DNA of 64,000 nt. Source: Pseudomonadota bacterium (GTDB taxonomy: Bacteria; Pseudomonadota; Alphaproteobacteria; GCA-2746255). Each line of letters starts with the position of its first letter. The first letter of the stretch is position 1. The DNA lies in assembly GCA_040752895.1 (NCBI GenBank), contig JBFMHN010000001.1, forward strand, positions 163,213 through 227,212. Reading direction: 5' to 3'. The position numbers and the translations under genes are program-made. Of this stretch, positions 23,187-33,426 are shown piece after piece. The notes under the pieces are model-generated. The model saw only the letters and a program-made list of their open reading frames with translations. It had not been told where the DNA came from and did no database searches.

Positions 23187-24179
23187 TCAAGAATTGTCCG
23201 CCCAGGAGGGGGAACCCTTCGACTTCTGGCAGGCACAGCGTGCCCAAAGGGCGCGGGCGGCGGCCTCGACGGTCTCAAGGGGGAGGCTTTCCATGAGCGT
23301 GCCGGTGCTGCGCCCAATCTGGGAGATAAGTTCCTCCGCCGGGACCGCCGTCTCAGCCACGCCGGTGCATTCCCCCCAAGGCCCATAGACTTCTTTGCGG
23401 CTCGGCCCGAAAAGGCCAAGTGTCGGCACACCGGCCGCGGCCGCCAGGTGCATGAGGCCGGTGTCGTTCGCAATGAAAAAATGGCAGCGCTGAAGACAGG
23501 CGGCGGCCGTCAGCAAATCTCCCTTGCCGATGATGTCCACGAAATCCTGCGGTGGGATGACGTCGATGATTGTCCGCAGGATTTCCCGTTCCGAGGCGGT
23601 TCCGAAAAGGGCGATCCGGGCGCCGGGTAGCATGCCGTCCGGCGCAATCAGGCGTTTTACGAGCTCGACGTAGCGCGGGATCGGCCATTGCTTGCCTTCC
23701 CAACTCGTTGTCGGACCGAAGCCGATGACGGGCTTGCCGGTGGGGACCAGCTTGCGCGCCTTTTCATGGTGTTCCGCCGTTGTCCAGACGCGGGGGTTCG
23801 GTGTCTCCTGCGGGTCCCTAAGAACCCGCCCATACTGCTCGACCTTGTGCCCGCCCTTGCTGCGATGCCAGCGCTGGTAGATGTGCCGTTCGCGGGCAAA
23901 GAGGCCGAAGCTTAAAAGGGAAGACCGCATGTCCACGACGACGTCCCAACGATGGGGGGCACATTTCGCCCATAACTCCAGCCAGTGAAGGTCATAGGGG
24001 CGCTTGTGGATCAGGAGGATCTGTTCCAGCCTTGGAAGGGCTGGAAAAAGAGGCGCGGCCAACGGTCCGCAGGCGACCGTGAAGGACGCCTGCGGGTATC
24101 GCTCGAGGAGGTAGGAAAGAACCCCCGTCGTCAGAATAGCGTCCCCGATCCGCGTCGAGGTTACGAAGAGAACCTTCAT
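23187..24179 (-). CDS. ADP-heptose:LPS heptosyltransferase (glycosyltransferase family 9)
   Basis: MKVLFVTSTRIGDAILTTGVLSYL... and ...IANDTGLMHLAAAAGVPTLGLFGPS, a GT9 signature. ATG at 24179. Confidence 0.8.
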   Translation of the reverse strand: MKVLFVTSTRIGDAILTTGVLSYLLERYPQASFTVACGPLAAPLFPALPRLEQILLIHKRPYDLHWLELWAKCAPHRWDVVVDMRSSLLSFGLFARERHIYQRWHRSKGGHKVEQYGRVLRDPQETPNPRVWTTAEHHEKARKLVPTGKPVIGFGPTTSWEGKQWPIPRYVELVKRLIAPDGMLPGARIALFGTASEREILRTIIDVIPPQDFVDIIGKGDLLTAAACLQRCHFFIANDTGLMHLAAAAGVPTLGLFGPSRKEVYGPWGECTGVAETAVPAEELISQIGRSTGTLMESLPLETVEAAARALWARCACQKSKGSPSWADNS

Positions 24180-24422
24180 CGCCCGATCCTTCGACCCATT
24201 ATCTTCCATGCGAGGCCACGGCGTTCAACGCAAGGTTCGCGGCACAGGACGGGCTTTCGGCATCGGCAGGGTGAGTCGCCCCACGGACTTTTTCCTCTAT
24301 GTATTTGTTCTGCCGACATTCCATCTTCGTGCGGAGGTGACCGGATGGTTATCCTAGGCTAGATTATCATGGTCACCAAGGAGCATTGGAGACCCGATTT
24401 GGTTTAACTGGCGGGGCATGCC

Positions 24423-24758
24423 TTGGACGGAAAAGATACGAATACCTTCTTCTTTCTTTACATGACGGCGGGCTCGAAGGCCGAGGCCGAACGGCTTGCC
24501 CGCGATCTTGTCGAGCGCCGTCTCGTCGCGTGCGCGAACGTCCTCGATCCAATCCAATCCTTCTATTGGTGGGAGGGCAAGGTTGCGGACGAACGCGAAT
24601 CCATCGTCATCGCCAAGACCCAAAAAGCCTGTGTCGATGCGGCCATCGCCCGCGTTAAGGAAATCCATAGCTACGCTTGCCCCTGCGTCGTCGCCTGGCC
24701 CTTGAGCCAGGGCAATCCGGATTTCTTCGCCTGGATCGCCCGCGAAACCAGCCCTTAA
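24423..24758 (+). CDS. cutA: Divalent-cation tolerance protein CutA
   Basis: CutA1 pattern (...LVACANVLDPIQSFYWWEGKV...). Confidence 0.7.
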   Translation: MDGKDTNTFFFLYMTAGSKAEAERLARDLVERRLVACANVLDPIQSFYWWEGKVADERESIVIAKTQKACVDAAIARVKEIHSYACPCVVAWPLSQGNPDFFAWIARETSP

Positions 24759-24873
24759 AATCATATAATACCGCGCATCTATCCTTCTAATTTTAAAGGA
24801 AATTTCGTTGACAGCGGCGATTTTTCTGGCATACTCCGCGCCGGTATTTCAAACATTTTGCGTATGCGAGCCC

Positions 24874-25335
24874 ATGAAAACTTTTTCAGCAAAACCGACG
24901 GACGTGAACAGGAAATGGTACCTGGTCGATGCGGAGGGGCTTATCCTTGGCCGGCTGGCCAGCCGTCTCGCCATGCGCCTACGTGGCAAGCATAAGCCAA
25001 TTTATACGCCGCACGTGGATTGTGGCGACAACATCGTCGTCATCAACGCCGAGAAGATCAAGCTGACCGGCCGCAAGCTGGAGCGCGAGTTTTTCTATTG
25101 GCACACGGGTTATCCGGGCGGTATCAAGGAAAAGAACTTTACCCAACGGCTTCAAGGCGCGCGTCCGGAACGGGTCATCCTGACCGCGGTTCAGCGGATG
25201 ATTCCGAAGGGGCCGCTCGGACGGGCGCAACTCCGAAAGCTGCATGTCTATGCGGGCCCGGACCATCCCCATACGGCGCAACAGCCAGAAACGCTCGACA
25301 TCGCCGGTATGAATCCAAAGAACAAACGGGCTTGA
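24874..25335 (+). CDS. rplM: 50S ribosomal protein L13
   Basis: [30 protein letters not shown]... Confidence 0.9.
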   Translation: MKTFSAKPTDVNRKWYLVDAEGLILGRLASRLAMRLRGKHKPIYTPHVDCGDNIVVINAEKIKLTGRKLEREFFYWHTGYPGGIKEKNFTQRLQGARPERVILTAVQRMIPKGPLGRAQLRKLHVYAGPDHPHTAQQPETLDIAGMNPKNKRA

Positions 25336-25343
25336 GATACGCT

Positions 25344-25847
25344 ATGACGGAGGAAAAAAAGACGCTGGAAAATCTGACCGAGCTTAAAGCCGCGGGACAA
25401 ACCCATGTCGCCCCTACCATGCTTGGCGGGGGGCCTGTCTATGAACAGAAGCTCGATGGGCAGGGTCGGGCCTATGCGACCGGAAGGCGGAAGGACGCCG
25501 TTGCCCGGGTCTGGCTGAAGCCGGGCTCCGGCAAGATCGAGGTCAACGGCAAGAACGTCGAGCTGTATTTTGCGCGGCCGGTGCTCCGCATGATCGTTCG
25601 CCAGCCTTTTTCCATCGTCAATCGGGTCGACCAATATGACATCGCCTGCACGGTGAAGGGGGGCGGGCTTTCCGGGCAGGCCGGCGCCGTACGGCACGGC
25701 ATCAGCCGGGCGCTCACCTATTACGAGCCCACCTTGCGATCGCTCCTGAAAAAGGGAGGGTATCTCACGCGCGACAGCCGCACCGTGGAGCGCAAGAAGT
25801 ATGGCCGGAGCAAGGCGCGACGCAGCTTCCAGTTCTCAAAACGCTAA
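25344..25847 (+). CDS. rpsI: 30S ribosomal protein S9
   Basis: ...[28 protein letters not shown]...[17 protein letters not shown]. Confidence 0.9.
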   Translation: MTEEKKTLENLTELKAAGQTHVAPTMLGGGPVYEQKLDGQGRAYATGRRKDAVARVWLKPGSGKIEVNGKNVELYFARPVLRMIVRQPFSIVNRVDQYDIACTVKGGGLSGQAGAVRHGISRALTYYEPTLRSLLKKGGYLTRDSRTVERKKYGRSKARRSFQFSKR

Positions 25848-25871
25848 TTCCCGGGGGAACCTCCTGATCGG

Positions 25872-25901
25872 AAAAGGGACGCCCATGGGGCGTCCCTTTT
25901 G
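25872..25901 (+). terminator. Rho-independent terminator after rpsI
   Basis: aaagggacgcccatggggcgtcccttttgc. Perfect 9-bp GC stem plus T-run. Confidence 0.7.
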
Positions 25902-25930
25902 CTATAACGGGAGGTTATCGGAGAGAAGGC

Positions 25931-26983
25931 ATGAACGAAAACCCGAAGGCGATACGGATCGCCGTTCTTGGCGCCAGCGGTTACACGGGCGCCGAGCTGC
26001 TGCGGATTCTTGTCCGGCATCCGCGGGCGAAGATTCAGACGCTGACGGCCGATCGCCACGCCGGCGAGACCGTGGAGGCCGTTTTCCCCCATCTTGGCGG
26101 GCTTGGTCTGCCGCGGTTGATTCGGATCGCGGACGCCGATTTTTCCGATGTTGACGTCGTCTTCTGCTGCCTGCCGCACGGCGCCACCCAAGAGACGGTG
26201 GCGGCCTTGCCCGGGCACCTCAAGATTTTCGATCTTTCGGCCGATTTCCGGCTCGCCGATTCGGCGGCGTACGCGGAATGGTACGGGCACCCGCATCGAG
26301 CCGAAACGTTGCAGAAGGAGGCGGTCTACGGCTTGACCGAGCTTGCCCGCGAGGCGATCGCGAAGGCGCGTCTGATTGCGTGCCCTGGCTGTTACCCGAC
26401 GTCGGCTCTATTGCCGCTGATGCCGCTTCTGGCCGAAGGCCTTATCGAACCCCGGGATATCGTTATCGATGCGAAGTCCGGTGTCAGCGGTGCCGGGCGG
26501 GCGCTAAAGGAGCAAAGCCTTTTCGCCGAAGTGGCGGAAGGCATCCACGCCTACGGCGTCGGTCGGCACCGGCACGTCCCGGAAATCGAGCAGGGGCTGG
26601 CTCTTGCGGCGGGCCGGGACGTGACGGTATCGTTTACGCCCCATCTCGTGCCGATGAACCGGGGCATCCTCTCGACGATCTATGTCCGGCTCGGGAAGAA
26701 CGCGGCCGCCGCGGACTTAAGGGCCGCCCTCGCGAAGCGGTACGAAAAGGAATTTTTTGTGCGCGTTTTGCCGGACGGCGTCGCGCCGGCCACGCGGCAC
26801 GTGCGGGGGTCCAATTTTTGCCTGATCGGCGTTTTTCCGGACCGGCTGCCCGATCGCGCCATCGTGATCTCGGCCATCGACAATCTCGTAAAGGGCGCTT
26901 CCGGCCAGGCCGTGCAGAATTTCAACCTCGTTTTTGGCATTCCGGAACCGACCGGGCTCGAACAGAAGCCCCTTTTCCCGTGA
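25931..26983 (+). CDS. argC: N-acetyl-gamma-glutamyl-phosphate reductase
   Basis: IAVLGASGYTGAELLRIL...ACPGCYPT (catalytic Cys). Confidence 0.9.
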   Translation: MNENPKAIRIAVLGASGYTGAELLRILVRHPRAKIQTLTADRHAGETVEAVFPHLGGLGLPRLIRIADADFSDVDVVFCCLPHGATQETVAALPGHLKIFDLSADFRLADSAAYAEWYGHPHRAETLQKEAVYGLTELAREAIAKARLIACPGCYPTSALLPLMPLLAEGLIEPRDIVIDAKSGVSGAGRALKEQSLFAEVAEGIHAYGVGRHRHVPEIEQGLALAAGRDVTVSFTPHLVPMNRGILSTIYVRLGKNAAAADLRAALAKRYEKEFFVRVLPDGVAPATRHVRGSNFCLIGVFPDRLPDRAIVISAIDNLVKGASGQAVQNFNLVFGIPEPTGLEQKPLFP

Positions 26984-27014
26984 ACGCGGGAACACTCTCC
27001 GGAGACGGCGAACG

Positions 27015-27542
27015 ATGACTGGAAATATTTTTCCCTACCGGAATTGTCTGCCAAAGATTGCGGGGGATGCTTTCATCGCGCCGACGGCAACGGTGATCGG
27101 CGACGTCGAGATCGGTGCGCGCTCCGGCATTTGGTTCGGGGTCGTGATCCGCGGCGACGTGAACGAAATTCGCATCGGCGAACGCACGAACATCCAGGAC
27201 AACACGGTGATCCACGTGACGCGAAACGGTCTTGGCACCTATATCGGGAACGGGGTCACCGTCGGGCACCTTGCCGTCCTGCATGCCTGTACGTTGGAGG
27301 ACGGCAGTTTTGTGGGCATGAAAGCAACGGTAATGGATGGCGTCGTCGTCGAAGGCGGGGCAATGGTGGGCGCCGGCGCCCTCGTGACCCAGGGTAGGCG
27401 TGTCAAGCGGGGCCAGCTATGGGCGGGGAGCCCGGCGTGCCACGTCCGCGACCTTACCCGGGAAGAGCGGGAATTCCTGCCGGATACGAATGCCCATTAC
27501 GTGGACCTCGCGGCCGAGTACCTGGCGGCGCTCAAGAAGTAA
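27015..27542 (+). CDS. Gamma-class carbonic anhydrase / hexapeptide-repeat (LbH) protein
   Basis: Left-handed beta-helix repeats (IGDVEIGARSGIWFGVVIRGDVNEIRIGERTNIQDNTVIH...). ATG at 27015. Confidence 0.75.
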   Translation: MTGNIFPYRNCLPKIAGDAFIAPTATVIGDVEIGARSGIWFGVVIRGDVNEIRIGERTNIQDNTVIHVTRNGLGTYIGNGVTVGHLAVLHACTLEDGSFVGMKATVMDGVVVEGGAMVGAGALVTQGRRVKRGQLWAGSPACHVRDLTREEREFLPDTNAHYVDLAAEYLAALKK

Positions 27543-29339
27543 TCAATCCACGCGGACCTTTGCGTAACTGCCGGGAGCGTCCTCGACCGGCTTCAACGCG
27601 CCGTCGCCCGGCGTGCGCGCCTTGACCTTCGCCCCGCCCTTCGGCGCAAGCCACTTGCCGAAATCCAACCACCAGGAACCGTCCGTCGCCTTGGCGATGG
27701 CCAGCCACTCCTCCGGCGAAGGCGGATTTTTCTCGGCCGTCCAGAAATTGTATTTCTTCTTGGTAGGCGGGTTCACGATTCCCGCCACGTGACCGGAAGC
27801 CGCCAGCGTGAAGTGCACATCGCCCTTGTAGATCTGCGTCGCGGCATACACCGATTTCCAGGGCGCGATATGGTCCTCCCGGCAGGCAAGAATATAAATC
27901 GGCAGGTCAATCTTCCGCAGGTCGATCGGCACGCCGCCCAGGTGGATCGCACCCGGCTTCACGAGCTTGTTTTCCAGGTACATGCGCCGCAGGTAAAAGC
28001 TATGCATGGCGGCCGGCATTCGTGTCGAATCGGCATTCCAGTAGAGAAGATCAAACGGGAAAGGTTCTTTGCCGAGCAGGTAATTGTTTACGACGAAAGA
28101 CCAGATCAGGTCGTTCGCGCGCAGCATATTGAAGGTCGCGTTCATTTCGTGACCTTCCAGATAGCCTTGTTTTTCCATCTTCTTTTCGAGGACGCCGATC
28201 TGGGCCTCGTCGATGAATACGGAAAGCTCGCCGGGGTCTTCGAAATCCACCATCGCGGTGAGAAAAATGGCGCTATGGACGCGACGATCCTTTTTTGCGG
28301 CGAGGTAGGAGAGGGTACAGGCCAGCAAGGTGCCGCCGATGCAATAGCCGAGAACGTTGAGCTCCTTCTCGCCGGTCGCCTTTGCGATGGCGTCCATGGC
28401 TTCCAGCGGTCCTTCGAGCATATAATCCTCGAAGGTTTTATTGGCGAGTTTTTCGTCCGGATTTACCCATGAGATGACGAAGACGGTATGCCCCTTGTCA
28501 AGGGCCCACCGGACGAAGGAATTCGATTCGCGCAGGTCGAGTATGTAATATTTGTTGATCCAGGGCGGGATGATTAGAAGCGGCCGCTTGTAGACGTTCT
28601 CCGTCGTCGGCGAAAATTGCAGCAATTGCATGAGTTCGTTCTGATAGATCACCTTGCCCGGCGTGCAGGCGATGTTCCCGCCAATTTTGAAAGCCTCTGG
28701 ATCCGTGTGCAGGATGCGAAGTTTGCCCTTACCGTTTTCAAGGTCCTTCAAAAGGTTGTTCAATCCCCGGACCAGGTTGTTACCCTTGCTTTCAAGCGTC
28801 GCCCGGAGAACCTCCGGATTCGTGAGCAAAAAATTTGTCGGTGCTATCGCGTCGACGAACTGGCGGGAGTAAAAATCAAGCTTCCGGGCAGTGTCTTCGT
28901 CCAGATCTTCGGCCTTCGAGACAAGGGATTGCGTCCACCTTGCCGTTAGCAGGTAGGACTGCTTGATGAAATCGAATAGCGGATTTTCCTGCCATTCCGG
29001 GCTTTGGAAGCGGCGATCGGATTCTTCGGGTTCGATGATGGGAGACGTCTCGATACCCATGGCGCGCCGCGTCGCGTGCTGCCAAAGGTTGAGGTAGTTC
29101 TGCCAAAGTTCCGCCTGGGCCTCGAGCAATTTGGCGGGGTTTGCCATCATCTTGGCCGTCATTTCGAGAAAGGCCGTGCCTATGCTCATCGGGACGGCCA
29201 TGCCCGTGTCCCCTTCCTGGGCCTGTTTTGTAAGGAAATCCTCAACGATTCTCTGGCTCTTTTCAGCAATCTGCCGCAGATTTTCGGATAGTCTGCTAGA
29301 ATCCGAGGGTTGTTTAGTGGAGTTCGGTTGATCGTTCAT
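27543..29339 (-). CDS. phaC: Class I poly(3-hydroxyalkanoate) synthase
   Basis: 598 aa with a lipase box GYCIGG, PhaC N-domain and catalytic Asp/His region. Confidence 0.9.
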   Translation of the reverse strand: MNDQPNSTKQPSDSSRLSENLRQIAEKSQRIVEDFLTKQAQEGDTGMAVPMSIGTAFLEMTAKMMANPAKLLEAQAELWQNYLNLWQHATRRAMGIETSPIIEPEESDRRFQSPEWQENPLFDFIKQSYLLTARWTQSLVSKAEDLDEDTARKLDFYSRQFVDAIAPTNFLLTNPEVLRATLESKGNNLVRGLNNLLKDLENGKGKLRILHTDPEAFKIGGNIACTPGKVIYQNELMQLLQFSPTTENVYKRPLLIIPPWINKYYILDLRESNSFVRWALDKGHTVFVISWVNPDEKLANKTFEDYMLEGPLEAMDAIAKATGEKELNVLGYCIGGTLLACTLSYLAAKKDRRVHSAIFLTAMVDFEDPGELSVFIDEAQIGVLEKKMEKQGYLEGHEMNATFNMLRANDLIWSFVVNNYLLGKEPFPFDLLYWNADSTRMPAAMHSFYLRRMYLENKLVKPGAIHLGGVPIDLRKIDLPIYILACREDHIAPWKSVYAATQIYKGDVHFTLAASGHVAGIVNPPTKKKYNFWTAEKNPPSPEEWLAIAKATDGSWWLDFGKWLAPKGGAKVKARTPGDGALKPVEDAPGSYAKVRVD

Positions 29340-29352
29340 CCTGGATTCCCTT

Positions 29353-30795
29353 ATGATTTATAAGGCGCTTTGCGGCTTGTCCATTTTCCGAGGACAGGAA
29401 GAAGCCATGCGTGCTTCTCAGATTGCCTCGTCGAGGAGGGTGTTCCCTGTCATGGAGACGTGTTTATTTAAGTCGAAGCGGATTTTCTTGCAAGCAAGGG
29501 CTTGCCTCTCTTTGCGAATTGCTCTGGGGGTGTTCCTTTTCACCTTGGCCGGGTGCAGCCAGGTCCCCGACGCGGCGAACCCCATCGAATGGTACAAGGG
29601 CGTCGCTGGCTGGTTTGAAGACGACGAGGCTTATGCGGAAGGGTCCGGGGCGCTCGATCTCGCCTTGGAGCGGGAACGGCAAGCTGCCGAGGATGAGGCT
29701 TTCCCGAACTTGAGCGAGGTGCCGCCAAGGCCGCCGGTCTATGATCCGGGGCAGGCGGCCGAAGTCACGAAAGGCCTGGTGGCGGACCGTGCGCGCGCAC
29801 AATATTCGGACGAGACGATTCGCCTGCAGTCCGAGATGGACAAGGCCCTGCCACCGCCCCGGCCGAGGCCCGTTCCGAAAGAGGCGCCGCCACCAGCCGC
29901 CGCGCCTCGTTCGCCGGTGACGGTCGCCGGCGAGCTTTCCGAGCCGCGCCCGATGCCGAACGATTCCCTTACCCCCCTCGGCGAACAAACCGGCACGTTG
30001 ACGGCAAAGGCGCCGCCGCCGCCCGTTTTTTCGCAGGCGCCCCAGCCGGGCGTGCCGTCGCGGCAGTCGGTGATGGCGTCTCCGCGTCCGACGGCGATTG
30101 CGCCGCGCCCTATCGCCCCGCCGGAGATGGTGGCGGCGTCGCTGCAGATTCCGAATTCGGAAATCGTGCCTTCCTTGCCTTACTTTCCGGCTAGCGCGAA
30201 CGAATTGAACCAAACAATGCAGCAATACCTTACGCAGTCGGCGGCACGCACCTTGCCGGCCAATATGCAGCAAGAAGCGTTTTCGCCGCTGCCCGCCGGT
30301 CAGGCTCTTCCCCCTCTCGAAGAGCTGCCCCGGAATGGCGTTGCGGGGGGTGGCCTTGCGGCGCCCTCGGCACTCATCGCTTCGACGGCGCCCGGCGCGC
30401 CGCAGCCGTTGGAGACGTTCGACCAGACCACCGTCGGCATGTCCATGCTGGTGGCGACGATTCCCTTCGAGATCGGGTCCAGTTCGCTTGACGCAAACGA
30501 CCGCGCGGTGTTGAACGACGTCGTCGGTCTGTTCCGCCAGAACGGCAGGTCGGTTCGGGTCGTCGGCCATGCCAGCAGCCGAACGCGGGATTTGGACCCG
30601 ACGACGCACCAGCTCACGAACCTCAACGTTTCCGTTGATCGTGCGAACCGGGTTGCCAAGGAGTTGATGCGCCTTGGGGTTCCGCCGGAAAAGATCTATG
30701 TCGGCGCGAAATCAGACTCCGAACCGCTTTACTACGAGGTAATGCCGTCCGGCGAGGCCGGCAACCGGCGGACGGAAGTTTATATCGATTACTAG
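29353..30795 (+). CDS. OmpA-family lipoprotein with a proline-rich linker
   Basis: Lipobox LFTLAGCSQ, a long Pro/Ala-rich low-complexity middle, and a C-terminal OmpA/MotB peptidoglycan-binding domain (...NRRTEVYIDY). The start is possibly 29452. Confidence 0.7.
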   Translation: MIYKALCGLSIFRGQEEAMRASQIASSRRVFPVMETCLFKSKRIFLQARACLSLRIALGVFLFTLAGCSQVPDAANPIEWYKGVAGWFEDDEAYAEGSGALDLALERERQAAEDEAFPNLSEVPPRPPVYDPGQAAEVTKGLVADRARAQYSDETIRLQSEMDKALPPPRPRPVPKEAPPPAAAPRSPVTVAGELSEPRPMPNDSLTPLGEQTGTLTAKAPPPPVFSQAPQPGVPSRQSVMASPRPTAIAPRPIAPPEMVAASLQIPNSEIVPSLPYFPASANELNQTMQQYLTQSAARTLPANMQQEAFSPLPAGQALPPLEELPRNGVAGGGLAAPSALIASTAPGAPQPLETFDQTTVGMSMLVATIPFEIGSSSLDANDRAVLNDVVGLFRQNGRSVRVVGHASSRTRDLDPTTHQLTNLNVSVDRANRVAKELMRLGVPPEKIYVGAKSDSEPLYYEVMPSGEAGNRRTEVYIDY

Positions 30796-30874
30796 ATTTG
30801 AGACGCAAACTTCCCTCCGCCCGCCCACGGGCCCTCCAGATGTAGGGGCCGGGGTAGGAGAGAGGTGATATTGG

Positions 30875-32104
30875 ATGGAAATGGAACAGGAATTTCATAG
30901 GATCCGGCGGCTTCCGCCTTATGTCTTTGCCGAAGTGAACGCGATGAAGGCGAAGGCGCGCGCGGCGGGCGAAGACATCATCGACTTCGGCATGGGCAAT
31001 CCCGATCGGCCGACCCCGCGCCATATTGTTGAAAAACTGATTGAAACGGTGCAGGACCCGAAAACGCACCGCTACTCGAACTCACGCGGCATTCCCGGCC
31101 TTCGTAAGGCGCTCGCCAATTATTACGCCCGCCGCTTCGGTGTCTCGGTCGATCCCGAAATCGAAACGATCGTGACACTCGGATCGAAGGAGGGCTTGGC
31201 CAACCTTGCCCAGGCGATTACCTCGCCCGGCGATATCGTGCTGGTGCCGAACCCGAGCTACCCGATCCATCCTTACGGCTTCATCATCGCAGGGGCGTCA
31301 ATCCGGCACATTCCCCTTGGCCCGGACATGGGCGAGTTCATGAAGGGGCTTGAGCGGGCGGTCCGTCACAGCGTGCCGCCGCCGAGTTTGCTCGTGCTCA
31401 ACTTTCCATCCAACCCGACCACCCAGGTCGTTGATCTGGACTTTTACGGCCAAGTCGTGGATTTCTGCCGGCACCATCAGATTTACGTGCTTTCGGACCT
31501 GGCCTACGCGGAGATCTATTTCGAGTGCGCGCCGCCGCCCTCGATCCTGCAAATTCCCGGGGCCAAGGATGTCGCGGTGGAATTCACCTCCTTGAGCAAG
31601 ACCTACAACATGCCAGGGTGGAGGATCGGCTTCGCTACCGGCAACCGGCAGCTCATCGGCGCGCTCGCCCGCATCAAGTCCTACTTGGACTATGGCGCCT
31701 TCACGCCCATTCAAGTGGCCGGCGCGGCGGCGCTCAACGGTCCGCAGAACTGTGTCGAGGACATTCGCCAGACCTACCGCAAGCGCCGGGACGTGCTCGT
31801 GCAGGGCCTGCGGGGTGCGGGGTGGCAGGTACCTTTGCCGCCCGCCACGATGTTCGTCTGGGCGCCGTTGCCGGCATCCTTTGCCCATCTCGGCTCGCTC
31901 GAGTTCTCGAAGCTTCTGCTGCAGGAGGCGAAGGTCGCCGTTTCGCCAGGCTTAGGCTTCGGCGAATACGGCGAGGGGTATGTTCGCTTGGCCGTCGTCG
32001 AAAACGAGCACCGGACCCGCCAGGCGGTGCGGAACATCCGGACATTTCTTGCGTCTTCCGACGCCGTGCTCGAAAAGCTGCAACGAAAGGTCGCCGCGTC
32101 TTGA
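30875..32104 (+). CDS. Class I/II pyridoxal-phosphate aminotransferase (AlaC/LL-DAP-aminotransferase-like)
   Basis: PLP fold-type I motifs (NPSYPIH, SLSKTYNMPGWRIGF). Conserved upstream neighbour of hom. Confidence 0.8.
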   Translation: MEMEQEFHRIRRLPPYVFAEVNAMKAKARAAGEDIIDFGMGNPDRPTPRHIVEKLIETVQDPKTHRYSNSRGIPGLRKALANYYARRFGVSVDPEIETIVTLGSKEGLANLAQAITSPGDIVLVPNPSYPIHPYGFIIAGASIRHIPLGPDMGEFMKGLERAVRHSVPPPSLLVLNFPSNPTTQVVDLDFYGQVVDFCRHHQIYVLSDLAYAEIYFECAPPPSILQIPGAKDVAVEFTSLSKTYNMPGWRIGFATGNRQLIGALARIKSYLDYGAFTPIQVAGAAALNGPQNCVEDIRQTYRKRRDVLVQGLRGAGWQVPLPPATMFVWAPLPASFAHLGSLEFSKLLLQEAKVAVSPGLGFGEYGEGYVRLAVVENEHRTRQAVRNIRTFLASSDAVLEKLQRKVAAS

Positions 32105-33405
32105 GCAGGGAAGTGAAGATCGCGATCGCCGGGCTTGGCACGGTTGGGGCTGGCACCTGTCGCATTCTGCGCGAACACGGGGAATTGCTTACCGAACGGT
32201 GTGGCTGCTCGCTCGTTGTCTCGGCGGTTTCCGCGCGCGACCGCAGCCGCGAGCGTGGGATCGATCTTCGGAACGTGCCATGGTTCGACGACCCGGTCCA
32301 GATGGCGGCGGAAGCCGACGCCGACGTCGTCGTTGAGTTGATCGGCGGCGCTGAAGGGATCGCGAAAGCGATCTGCGAGACGGCGCTCGGTCGTGGCCGC
32401 CACGTCGTCACCGCGAACAAGGCGATGCTCGCCCATCACGGGCTTTCGCTCGCCCGCCAGGCGGAAGAAAAGGGGCTGACCCTGGCTTATGAGGCGGCGG
32501 TGGCGGGCGGCGTGCCGATCATCAAGGCCCTGCGCGAGGGGCTTGCCGGCAACAAACTCCGCCGTATCTACGGCATCTTGAACGGTACAAGTAACTTTAT
32601 TCTGACGGAGATGCGCCGGTCCGGGCGTGAGTTCAAGGCCGTCCTGAAGGACGCCCAAAGGCTTGGCTACGCCGAGGCCGATCCCTCCTTCGACGTGGAC
32701 GGGATAGACGCCGCTCATAAGCTCGCCATTCTTGCTTCCGTCGCCTTCGGCTGCGAGATGGATTTTGCGGGCGTTTATACGGAAGGCATCCGGCATGTGA
32801 GCGCCCTGGACATCGTCTACGCCGAAGAACTCGGCTACCGGATCAAGCTTCTCGGCATCGTGCGGATGACCGAGGACGGGATCGAGCAGCGCGTGCATCC
32901 CTGCATGGTGCCGCTATCGGTTCCTATCGCCTATGTCGAAGGAGTCGACAACGCCATCGTCGCCGAAGGCGACTTCGTCGGAAACACCATGTTCGAGGGG
33001 CGCGGCGCCGGCGCCGGCCCGACGGCATCGGCCATCGTGGCCGACCTCGTGGATATTGCGCGCGGGAGAAGGCTTCCCACTTTCTCGGTGCCGGTGGGCC
33101 GTCTGGTGAAGGTCTCGTCGGCCCCGATGGAACGCCACAAGGGTGCCTATTACGTGCGGCTCATGCTGCTGGATCGCCCGGGCGTGATCGCCGATGTAAC
33201 GGCGATCCTGCGCGACGAGAACGTTTCGCTGGAGGCGATGCTTCAGCGCCAGCGCGCGCCCGGCTCGGCCGTCCCGATCGTGCTGACGACGCACGAGACT
33301 AGCGAGGCCGCTATGCGCCGCGCGCTCCAGAAAATCAAACGCTTGGATACGATTGCAGAATCGCCGAGAATGATCCGCGTCGAAGCCTTCGACGACCGGT
33401 CATAG
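32101..33405 (+). CDS. hom: Homoserine dehydrogenase
   Basis: KIAIAGLGTVGAG...NGTSNFILTEM...ACT C-terminal domain. A TTG start at 32101 overlaps the aminotransferase stop. Confidence 0.85.
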   Translation: MSREVKIAIAGLGTVGAGTCRILREHGELLTERCGCSLVVSAVSARDRSRERGIDLRNVPWFDDPVQMAAEADADVVVELIGGAEGIAKAICETALGRGRHVVTANKAMLAHHGLSLARQAEEKGLTLAYEAAVAGGVPIIKALREGLAGNKLRRIYGILNGTSNFILTEMRRSGREFKAVLKDAQRLGYAEADPSFDVDGIDAAHKLAILASVAFGCEMDFAGVYTEGIRHVSALDIVYAEELGYRIKLLGIVRMTEDGIEQRVHPCMVPLSVPIAYVEGVDNAIVAEGDFVGNTMFEGRGAGAGPTASAIVADLVDIARGRRLPTFSVPVGRLVKVSSAPMERHKGAYYVRLMLLDRPGVIADVTAILRDENVSLEAMLQRQRAPGSAVPIVLTTHETSEAAMRRALQKIKRLDTIAESPRMIRVEAFDDRS

Positions 33406-33426
33406 CGGAACGAACCGAGGGGGGAA

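Noticed and set aside
22220-23473. 417-aa minus-strand ORF spanning tRNA-Pro-adjacent hypothetical genes
   Set aside because: Arg/Pro/Ala-rich composition typical of an antisense shadow ORF in high-GC DNA. It overlaps plus-strand ORFs that have better start contexts, and shows no motifs.
31774-32898. 374-aa minus-strand ORF inside hom
   Set aside because: Antisense shadow; hom motifs are on the plus strand.
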